From Amphiscolops sp. MND2022 (Eukaryota), in contig OZ076409.1 of the NCBI GenBank assembly GCA_964187785.1, positions 9,550,001 to 9,614,000 of the forward strand: DNA of 64,000 bases. The letters run 5' to 3'. Shown one piece after another: positions 32,657 through 43,398 of the stretch (the stretch's first letter is position 1; each line of letters opens with the position of its first letter). The notes under the pieces were generated by a model, which did not search any database, was not told where the DNA came from, and saw only the letters and a list, made by a program, of their open reading frames with translations. Position numbers and translations under genes: made by a program.

Positions 32657-35600
32657 ATGAATCACGGAGACAAAGCTGACGAAGTACCCCCACGATGTTC
32701 CAATGAATCACCTGCAATGGGACAGCGCATATATGACACTGCGCGTGTTCAGCGAACATCTCAGGTCGCTTTCATTCGCGACCGCATTGACCAAGGTCTC
32801 TCATCCGCTACTGTGGCTGGAGTGGCAGCGATAATTGCACAGATGGAGTCCCAGACCCAAGCTCCAATGCTGACCATCTCAATCACGTCTGGTTTTCCTG
32901 GGTTTCAGCGGTCCATGACCTTCCATGAAGGAGTGTGGTTTGGTCATGATTTGACTCATCACTTCACTGACGATCGTGCTGCGATTTCCTATAGTTTACC
33001 CAGTGGCGGCGTCCACCAGACCCGTTCTTTGCAGATTCCATCTTGCCCTCCTCCACCACTACCGGTACCTGCATCTCAATCAACCGCGCGTGCCGGAGAG
33101 CCCCGGGCTCTCAGGCGCGCCCGCCTGCACCAGCGCCTCCTGATATGACGAATAGACCGTTGGCTGAACAGGCAGTTATCTCAGCCTTGCAAGCTGTCGC
33201 CATTGACCCACATTATTCTGACTTTATGACGTCCATGGAGCGATGCTGGCCGGAGTTACGCCAAATAACCCTTCCCACAGTCACAATTCAGAACACGAGT
33301 GCCCTCACTGCGCCACCCGCACTGACTGTTCCACATGTGAACCCGCTGTCTGAACAACCGGGACATTCCCGCACAGTCACTATGGAACGCAGTCGCTCAT
33401 CCTCACGCTCCTCATCTTCTCACAAGGGGGGAGGAGAGCGTCGTCCTGCTTCCCGAAAAAGGAATGATCGTTCACCGACAAGGGCAAGCACAAGTACAAT
33501 ACCGCCAATGGCTGTTCGCGACAGCCCGTCGAGTAAACCACCACCGGATAAGAGAGTCTCCAACGAAAAAACCACGCCAGCATCCATAGAAGTACCCATG
33601 ACTGTCAACGCATCTGATCACACAAAAACAATGGTGTCGGAAGCACCCGTGCTTCCTTCGCCGCCACCGAGCCAATCCACTGAAGGACAAGGAATAATGC
33701 AACCACTGCCACCCTCACAACCGACATCGCGTGAATCGCTAGCACAAAGGGCGATTCCCAAACCATCGTCGTCAAAGCAGCAGCAAAGCAACCCCACAAT
33801 CGGCTACCAAGGGACACCCCAGGCGCAGAGAACCGTTGAGGATGTGATGGATGATTATCCCGGCCTGAAGGTGACCAACAGCGGACCGACGGGTACGCCG
33901 CTCAGAAAGCAAGCGATCCAACATCCAACGAAAAGAACGTTCACCAAACAGCCGACATACTTGAGCCCGATGCAAAACTCCAAGGGTAGTCTGGTAACGA
34001 AAGACGCCAGGCGTATCTGGGAATCGGCAGTAATCATATCACCAGAGTGGTTGTTCGAAAAGAACATGTGTCCTCCCAGCGACGAACAACACGCGAGGCT
34101 GAAGAAAGACCACGTATCGGTGTTCATGACTCGCCCACTCCGCATGGACCATACCCCCACGAACGAGCCGCAATGGTTGGGGAAGGCCACGAACATACTG
34201 CCCAACGTGGAGGATAATTATCTGGATGCCCTTAACATAGACCTCCGTGGGCAATTCGAAGAAAGGTACTTCCTCCGCGCAGAAGAAACGTATGAAGTCA
34301 ATCCCAGATATTCCCGTGACTTGGAGGCACAGCTTCCCATGCCAAAAGAAAGGTTGCAGCGTGCGCGCTACGCCTTACTTATCGACTCGACATTCTTGAA
34401 AAACATTCCAATAGACAATGTGCTCTCAGACGTGATGGTTTTCACCCTGCCGCTATCCCGCATTCCCGAGATGGCTGAAGTCCTGGTCACGATGTTCGAC
34501 CCCGAGATGACAGGGACGTACAAGGAACCACCCCCGCGCAGGGTTATCATCAGCAATGTTTTCGACCACCTGGCCTGCGAAGGTCTGATGACTCAGATCG
34601 TCAATGTGGAGATGCTGAATCCAACTCCTGCACAACGAGCAACAGTGCGTAATGCAGTAACCAATCTGGCGGGAGCTATGGAGAAGGCCCAGAATATTCT
34701 GAAGAGGAAATTGAAGGTGCCGGTGATCTTTGTTACACCTCCTGGCTTCTGCAAATGGCATCCAGCCTTACAACGTTTCGTCTACCTTGTAACTGAGGTG
34801 TGTCAAAGCAGGGAAGTGGACTTCGCGATCTGTGCGCCAAATCTACGTGTCAGTAGCAGCGATTTGCGCCCCTCTTGGCTATCATATATGGGGTATATCG
34901 CTTCAGTGTCCAAGGTGCTGCAATCCGTCGAGAAAACTGGAAACGCACAACTGACTGTCGATGACGCAGTTTACTTCGATCATGGTACCAGGATGGCTGT
35001 GTTAATGTTTAACGAAGAAGGAGAGAGACGCCTCCCAGAACCTACTAAAAGTGAGTGCGAAGCCATTCGTATGCATAACTGGATGGAGCGCGCGCGCTCC
35101 TCCGGTGGAAAAACCTCGATAAAGGATGACCTGGCGGAAGTCACTGCAGCGATGGGGAAAGTGCCCAACGAGAGAGAAATTGAAAGAGCGATCCCACGAG
35201 TTCAATTCGCCCAAGACCTCACAATCGACCAGCTGTCTGCGGGCATGAGATACATCACCGCCAAACTAACGAGCGAGACCCAAGCGGAGATCCAGGCCCT
35301 TAGTGGCACCTACGATGGGTGGTACCAGCAACTTCAGACTACCACCATTGCCAATATAGCAAAAGAGCTTGGAATGTCAACCGATCATTTTGCGATCTGT
35401 CTGGGGCTGGGCTGGAGTCCAGATGTAACTCGCGTGGAATTCGGAATCGAGGAGCAACAAATCATCGAGATTAACCAGATCATTGGTGCCATGCAGCTGA
35501 ACGAAGTTTTGGCCCTGATGCTGACCTTTGGTCAGAAGCGTTTCGTTGCGGGTCCAATGATGATTCTGACGGACTTAATAACAGAGAGTAACCTGGAATG

Positions 35601-37059
35601 GTTGTTGTCTTACCTGGTGTTGTCGCGTGGGGACATCAAAGGACTCACTGCTCTAGCCGAACTGTTGCAGAAGAAGGACGCACAAGATTATCCCGCACAC
35701 CTGGCGAAAATGATCACTTCTTTGCACCATTGGATTTACTGTAGCTTAGTCTTCTTTTCGGGACTCTTTGTTGGAGTTGATAAGAATCAACCACTTTATG
35801 ACGGACGTCAATTGGTGACGGAGGTGGCGGGCTTCCTTACACCTAACCAGCTGGCGGACTTCACACTGTCCGAAGTGGAAGACTTAATACCAGTGTTAGC
35901 ACCCGTGCTAACTCCGATATTTGGTCCGACTGGGATTTTCCGATACCCAACTAAACCCCTACGACTTGCCTCAGAAACACCATCGGTGTCCATCCTGACA
36001 TTTATAAAGAACGTAAAGCCCCATAACTATCAACAGATGCTGGAACGTGGGTTGTACTTGAGGGTACCCCGCATAAATACGACGATCAAAAATGAAACCC
36101 AGCAGGATGAGAATCTATCGGGAATACTGAAAGCTCGAACGAAGAAGGCTTGCCCTCTCCCTCGAGAGTATGGCCCAGTAAACTGGTATAACTCGCCTCT
36201 GGATGACAAGGGCATCTCAATCCGATTCAACTGGAGTTTCGCTCACCTGCGGAACTATGTGATTGAGTGCGTGCAAGCTTTGGGTGGTCACACCAATCGC
36301 GATTACCATTTTCAGCTGATCAAGATCCCGGCGAGATATTGGCGAGGACCAATAAGCTATGCCAGAGCCAAACCTATCAGCATGATCGAACGCGGGTTTG
36401 ACGAGCAATATGCATACAGGGATCACTACAAGTTGGGTGTATGGATGTCTCGCACCTTGGAGGAACGTCAGGGAAGACTAAAAGGATTAGTCGTACCCCC
36501 ACAAATCTCGCCAGTATGGAATCCTGAGGCCAGAGTAACCATGGGGAGTGATATGCCAGCAGAAACCTGCTACCACATCATGGAGCTGCTGAGTGATCCT
36601 CTGGGACCAGAATGGGAAGCTTCAAGACAAATAATCGAGCATGAAAATAGAGACAACTGGTCCAGAGCCTGCGGGCTCTGGGGCAGACCAGACCTGCGCC
36701 CTAAAATCAGCGCGAAGCAGAAGCGCCCCATCGCTACAAGGAACAGGCCGATCGACTTGCCACATCTATTCAATGCAAGTCGACTAGATGTGCAGATTCC
36801 GGCTGACGTCCCCGCATCCAGCTCAACCAACGCCACTGAATCTAATGCCGCACAAGAGCATTCCCCTGAGGCATCCACCCCAATACCAACGACCAGTGAC
36901 CCTTGCAGTTCCAGTGCCGCTCCCAATACACCGGAGACTGCCCATAACGCCTCTGGACCAGTACTGCGAGAAGCCACGGTCCGTAGAGGATCATTGTCCG
37001 AGATGGAAGAGAAGAAGAGCACTTCGCCCAGGGCGCGCCACTCCTCCGCCACACAATGA
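32657..37059 (+). CDS. accessory ORF3 of element 1 (ORFs 32495-33148 and 33043-37059, probably one gene), SGNH-fold-like middle region
   Basis: 1338-aa open frame plus an N-terminal piece that joins by a 1-nt correction in the CCCC at 33101-33104. Motifs YALLIDS, RRVIISNVFDHL and VPVIFVTPPG. No obvious env hallmarks. Confidence 0.7.
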
Positions 37060-37986
37060 AGTGAAGTTCAAACATCACCGTTAAATTAAGAATTGCTGTT
37101 ATGCTTTAAATGTCGCTACTAAGCTCTTTTATCGAAGCTTTGTTGTCAGATGTCGTTGATACGCTTCAACATTGTAACGAACTTTGCAGTTGTATACGAA
37201 AACATCAATTAATCACGGTGCAGAAACCAAGATGCGAGGTTGAAGCCCGCGGGCTTCTTCCTCCTCATCTGTATCATTTCGGTGCAATAATTTTCGTTGT
37301 AGTTAGTGTTACTAGCTTGAGGGTATATAGTACACATCCCAAGCATATTCATCAGGTGCTATTACACCCATTTTAGTTACTAGTTTTGATATTGATTTTT
37401 GATAACGTCTGGAAAGACGGAAAAAGAAGAGAAGAGAACAAAGGAAAAGAAAGAAATGAAAGCTTTTGAGCATTAACCTGTTGTTTTCCTTGAGTTACAT
37501 AGAAGGACTGAGATTGAGTCTCACAAAATATTTTTTAAAATAAAAATTGACTATATCTGTTAAACTGATGGGAGCTGCTAAAAAAGATGTTTTTACCAAG
37601 CGCCAAGCAGCGCGAAGCTCCCGAGCTTCGGAAAAGAAGTTTAACTTGTCATGTGAAGGTCGTTGACCTTAAAACAGATTTTGACACGGACGGCAGAACT
37701 TTGAGAGGCCGATAAGAAGTTTTAAAAGCCCGAGTAGCTCGCGACGGGATATAAAAAAAATTGCCGTGTTAAATTTGTATACGAAGCTGTAAGTAGTTTT
37801 GATCAAAATGCAGCAATGCTGGGTCGAAAACGCTTCCAATGGTCAACCGGACGACGCGACGACGAAACAGTCTATGCAATGCAGCTTGCGACGGCAGATG
37901 AGCTCCTAGAGATGATACCTGGCAAGGAACTCGATGACGCCTACCCTCACTTGACGGGGACGTCAAGCATAGACCCCGGGGAGTGA

Positions 37987-38718
37987 TGTAACGATCACTT
38001 ATCGAGTCCGAGAATTCGAAATTTTTTTTGAAAATTTCGTTCAAGGGACTAGATGCCCTCCCCTGAAAAGTCATATTCCGCTGAAGGATACCGTGTCTTT
38101 ACCAAAGGACCTGTCCCCGAAATTGAAGAGGATTTGAGCGAGAGAAGCAGAAGAGACCCACTACGAACTAGACGACTACAGGAATCCGCAAAACCTGTCA
38201 GAAAAAGACTCAAATTTCGGCCGATACGGACTAAACTCTGTTCCCATCGGTGCTTTCTTTAGCAGATCATTACAATATGTTGTGACCACCAAAATGAGTC
38301 AACTAGCTTGAACAAGCATCCGTGCTTGTGTCCCAGGCTAATTGCTGCCCCAAAAATGCTAATTATGCAGTAAATTGCGTATTTTGTCGTGGTAATAGCT
38401 CGTGAGCTACTTATTTCGATTTCCTCTGTAGCTACAAGAGAACACGATTTTCCTTTTCCACCTCACCTGTTTTTAAAGGCTATCTAAGCGTTGGTTTCGA
38501 AGAAAAAGCGTAATTAGCGTTACTGATAGCAATTACAGACTGGATCAGGCCGGCGAGCACTTCACAAGAAGCGGAATCCTCCTCTGACGGGACAGTTTTT
38601 ACCCGAAGGAGGCAAAATGAGCTCATGGTCATGGGCGCCTGTCCCGGGCAAATACCCATATCATGTGTTCCTCTTACTCTCATGGTTACGGCGACAGTGG
38701 TGAGAGCCTGTCGTTACA
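37987..38718 (+). repeat. 3' LTR of element 1 (732 bp)
   Basis: Direct repeat of 19004-19736, preceded by purine-rich ggggagtga. Confidence 0.97.
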
Positions 38719-38789
38719 CTATGGGCGAGTTTTAACGTTATAAACTAAATAGGTTGCGTTCTACAGCAGAAGAAGTGGAGGTTGGCAAA

Positions 38790-39860
38790 TATTACGCTAT
38801 ATTCCGGAAATTCTAAAACAATGTTCCCTAGGTTATTGAGAAATGTTTGAGTGAAGATTTCAACAACAGCATCCCAAAGTTTCCCAACTTCTTAAAATTA
38901 GCAAAGGTTGTTACTATTTTCAAAAAAGCAGATGAAACCACTCCAGAAAACGACAGGAGTTAAGTTTGTTTTGTTCGGTCAGTAAAAAGCATGAGCAGCT
39001 TTTGTAATTCACATGGTCCACTTCTTGTGAAAAATGAATTGTTTGCATCGAGGAAATTTGGATTCCGAGAAAAAGTCTTGCAATCAACACTTTTTGACTC
39101 AATAAATGAGAGAAAACATTGACCAGAAAACAATAGGTCAAGCGTGTTTCGTTAATATCCGGATCTTCAAATCTTTCGGTGACTGCTTAGGAAATAGGTA
39201 CTAACATATACATGCTGATAACGAAAAGGTTGGAACACTACAACTTAACACTGACGTGCCCCAGGATCAATCTCGGGTCCATTCATGTTTTTTCTCTATT
39301 TCAACAATTTGTCTGGATATATTGAAAACAATATTGGTCGCGGATGATACTTATGTTTTGACTACAGGCCAGTGAAACCAGCTCTACTTTCAAAGGGACT
39401 TGGATCGAACGAACGAACAATTGGTTGTCCTACAACAAACTTCCTTTAAATATTCCAAAAAATGACGTCATAAGCTTTGCTTTTGCTACACCGAAGGATT
39501 TGACACTTATTAAGAAAAAGCTTAAGAAGGATAACGAATGTGAAATTTTTGGGGAGTGCACATAGATAGAAAGTTATCTTTCATGATCATATTCAGTATG
39601 TCGTCAAAAAGTTCAAAGATTTGAGTGGATTGATTCAAAAAGTCAATAAACATCACCACATACAGTGCTAATTGTTGTTTTTTAATTTCGTCGCGACACT
39701 GGTCATATCCTACGGAAATTGGAAGTGCAACGAGAACCTATCTCGATAAAATTGAGAAAAAGTCTACCTGTATTCTTTCAGGAACGAGTATGGCAGTGTT
39801 AAATATATGTTTGAATACAACAAACTGTCGTCTGTTTTCTATTTACACTTAACCTCGACA
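38790..39860 (+). pseudogene. degenerate non-LTR (CR1/L2-like) reverse transcriptase remnant
   Basis: Broken frames with LKLAKVVTIFKK..PEN, FGFRE, VPQGS, ADDT and GVHIDRKLSF.DHI motifs. Confidence 0.75.
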
Positions 39861-39913
39861 GTACACCGAGAAGTCGAAAAATTGACAAAATTTTGGCAAT
39901 TTTTTTCAATGCT

Positions 39914-40564
39914 TCATTTCTTCACAAATAATAGCCGCAGCTCCAATCGGTTTTCTGTTCCTGAAAGCCCTTTGTCGTAAGCGCGAGAATTCGTGCTTGT
40001 GAATCCGTCTTTGAGACGGTCGTTACCTTGCTTACTCTTAGAATTGTTCTTAGGTTCTAAGTTTTGCAGCACTTCGGAATATCCTTCCGGTCTCTCGGCC
40101 GGAACGTTCCATCTCTCTTTGGTCAATTGTCCCGATCCGGCCATAACTGCATTTTGGATTTGAGGTAAAATTTGGCTACTAATTGCTTCATTTATGGCTC
40201 TTTGGATCTGAACACTGACGCTATTCATCATTTCATCCATCTCTCGAGATATACGAGAATTTAACTCACTCGACAATCTATTGATCTCAACACTTGAACA
40301 CTCTCTGATTGAATTATGGCCTAATTCGGTATTTGGACTAGGTCCATTATTTTCCGGGTTTGGGAACTCATTCTCATTTTCTTCTCCAAACTCATCTCCG
40401 AATAAGCTTTCTGGCCTACCGGTCTGATTACTATTCACACTTTCATTTCTCTCATTTCTATCAAAATGATTTCTTCCGAGCATAATATCTAAATTCTCAA
40501 TGTCTGATAGCATATCTGCTTCTCTAGATTTCCTTGTTTTCTTCTGTTTTCTAGTGGTAGGCAT
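39914..40564 (-). CDS. Gag N-terminus copy in the 3' LTR reading through into host flank (216 aa)
   Basis: Near-identical to ORF 54822 up to NSRAYD, then continues in flanking DNA; expression unknown. Confidence 0.45.
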   Translation of the reverse strand: MPTTRKQKKTRKSREADMLSDIENLDIMLGRNHFDRNERNESVNSNQTGRPESLFGDEFGEENENEFPNPENNGPSPNTELGHNSIRECSSVEINRLSSELNSRISREMDEMMNSVSVQIQRAINEAISSQILPQIQNAVMAGSGQLTKERWNVPAERPEGYSEVLQNLEPKNNSKSKQGNDRLKDGFTSTNSRAYDKGLSGTENRLELRLLFVKK

Positions 40565-41713
40565 TTAGGAAGAAAGTCCGAGGTTAATATTGAATTAGTT
40601 CGGAAAACTGGTAATATCAATGAACTGAACGTTGTGAAAAGAAAGCAACTTGTGTCCCCTCAGGAAGGGGGTGTATATATATATATACCTCCTGAGGCAT
40701 GACACTCACATTTTCCACATATTATTGAAATGTTTACATGTTCTAAAGGGTCGTGAAATTTTACGAGTATTAAAAAATAGCTATTGCATCAAAGTGATTC
40801 AGGAATTTAGGGTCGGAAAAATTCCTGAGGAATGCACTCAATTACATACTCATGATAGCTTCAAAGTACGGGGGACGGTTTAGTCCGCATTCCCGTAACA
40901 GTTAACATCAAAGCAAATATATGTTCAGACACTTCAAAGTAATATTTGTGTCAACAGGTATGTGAGGTATCTAAGGCACGTGCCTGCACACGCAAGCTAA
41001 TTCATCAAGTAGCAACTCCAATTACATGCACTAATAAAAGGTGGATGTGGCCCAATTCGGCCATTTGACAAAGGATCCATTCAATTAAAGCGACCGGTTT
41101 AGTCCACCGGACTATTATTTAGAGTTTATGACTGGTGGTCACAAATACATCAATTAGGTTTAAATAGGCCCATTAGCACCTTCTAAGTACAAATATAATC
41201 TTACATGACTTTAAATAACATGCATACTCAAATTAAACAATTACACAAGCTAATAGTTGGAATGGCCTAATCCGGCCATTTGCCTTTGGTCCGCTTACAA
41301 AATAAGGTATAGCGTCAAGTGGCCGTATACGGCCAAACAAATATGATAGTATAATGCACAGCAGGATAGAGCGTTCTGATTGGCTAATGAAATGAGCTCA
41401 AGTGACGTCTCCGGAATTAGAGTTTCGTTCACTTGAACTCGTTTCCTTTAAGCTTTACACTTGCCTTTACTATATTACGTCACTGCTAAACAATCCATCA
41501 TATAAGCATAATCATCACCGTTTGAATTCTAACACGAGTATTAATCAGACTAATATACAATCCGAATACATAATGAATATAATAAAACAACAGTGAGTTT
41601 TACTAAAAGTTTTGAATAATTCTCTTAAAATGTGGGCAAAGTACCTGGTACGGCTTCTTGCTCGTTAGTAGTCGTTGTGATCCGTGTCCCATCGCAAGCG
41701 GCAGCCTGCGACA
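39973..41713 (-). repeat. 3' LTR of element 2
   Basis: Matches 54231-55971 with about nine substitutions seen by eye. Confidence 0.97.
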
Positions 41714-42390
41714 CTGCGGGTGCTAAGAAAAGAAGACTTCCGGCGTTTAGACCATTTTCGTAGGCTTCCCTCCTCAAGTTCGTTATATAAGCTGGTTCAT
41801 TGCGCGGCGTTGATCTACTCATGTACCAATTCACTTTCTCTTGTTTAATTTCGTCCACTGATCTCCCACAGACCATGCATCCACGGCCCAACTGTTTGCT
41901 AAGATCCGAATACGGCTGTACTTGTTGGATGTGGTAAGATGCGTGGAAACTGGTGCTAACTGGTTGTTCCATGAATACGTCTTGGGACGGCCCTCTCTTT
42001 TGCAAAAGAGAGTTTGTGTTGCAAAGTTCTATCCGGGTTCTTTCTGCCTTTCTCATCGGTGCATACAGAAGTTTCTCGTCAAATTGTTTGAATCCCAATT
42101 TCGGAGTCGAAGGCGGCCGCATTTGAAGATTACTCGGTCCAGCTGCTGATTCTGTATCTTGCTCCTCCACAGTCATCTTGCGGCCAGCGATTAAAATTGG
42201 GCTTGACTTGACTTCCCTCTCGATTCTCTCTATGATAGCCTCGGTGTCCGTGGACCAATCGGAATCCCATGAGGTAGATGAGTTGTTCTCCTCTTCGTCA
42301 CTCGATAGGTAGATGACTGAATTTACGGAGGCTTCTGAGTCCGATTCTTCTAAGTCGAAAAGCTTTCTTGCTAAGTTAAATTTAGACATT
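41625..42390 (-). CDS. accessory ORF of element 2 overlapping the 3' LTR (acidic/Ser-rich N-terminus, CMVC motif)
   Basis: Open frame 41625-42467 with first ATG at 42390; its last ~30 codons lie inside the LTR. Confidence 0.65.
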
Positions 42391-43398
42391 ATTATCTTTT
42401 TAGCAATTTTGTTGATTCGTAGGGCGACTTGTTGCTTGCAGGATTCAAAGTTGAATGAGATTGTCAAAATTCCCTTCAGGCCAACTTAGGCTGTTTCCCC
42501 GGAGTTCCATTTCGGCGGGAGAAACCATGATCAATCGTCCTGATCCGTCGTAAACTTTCTAGAATGGAATTTCTTGGCGGCTTATTTACCCTTTGAAATT
42601 CAGAATGGTGCCCCCCTTTCTCACTCTCTTAAGTGAGTATGTGGAGGGGTGTTAAGTTGACAACAACAAATAACTCCACTCCAAGTGGGTAATCAACACC
42701 AAGCTTGATAGCAATTAACGGCACTTGTCGGAAGAAACTCACCGAAATGGCTTCATTCAATCAAATTTGAGCTTCGATAAATTTGAAAAAGAATAATAAA
42801 GATGGCGGAAAATAATAATTTTGAATAACTAAAATGGCGAAAATCTAACTAAGGTAACTAGGAAAACTGAACAAAACGGCAACATGAATAGGGGTAAACG
42901 GCCATAATCGGCCACTAATTGTAACAAGGTTGTAAATAGCGAGATACGTTCTGTACATTTTGCTGGCAGACTCCGTGTACAGATTTAAATATGTAGATAA
43001 TCAAATAATATTAGTCTGGTAAATCTTCAGCCACGAACTCCAACTTTCAATTCTTTACCTAATTCCAATTCCTCTATCTTTGCAATTTTCCTCTCCTGGG
43101 ATCCTCCGCTGTTACGCTTCACGAACTTTGTTGCTGTTTCCTGATCTTCCGTCGTCGCCGTATTCGGCCTTTCTCCACAGACTCTCCCCTGTAGATTTAC
43201 GTCTCATCTTCCAAAAAGGAGCAGCTTCATGGCTTCAAAATCAGGTTGGTCTGGATTTTCTTTTAATAGTCTGAACAATTTTGACTTGATCAGAGACAAA
43301 ACTTGTTCACAAACGCTTCCTGTTTCCGTTTTGTTTCACATGTTTCGACTAAATAGCCAAACTGAAAGACACTTCTAGAAGTTTTCTAACGCGGTAAA

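Larger units (their letters stand above)
19004..38718 (+). mobile_element. full-length Ty3/gypsy LTR retrotransposon, 19.7 kb (element 1)
   Basis: Paired LTRs with TGTAACGA...TCGTTACA termini, PBS, PPT-like tract, gag-PR-RT-RH-IN order, plus extra ORFs. Confidence 0.97.

Noticed and set aside
33043..37059. env gene
   Set aside because: No recognisable signal peptide, furin site/fusion peptide arrangement or C-terminal TM anchor
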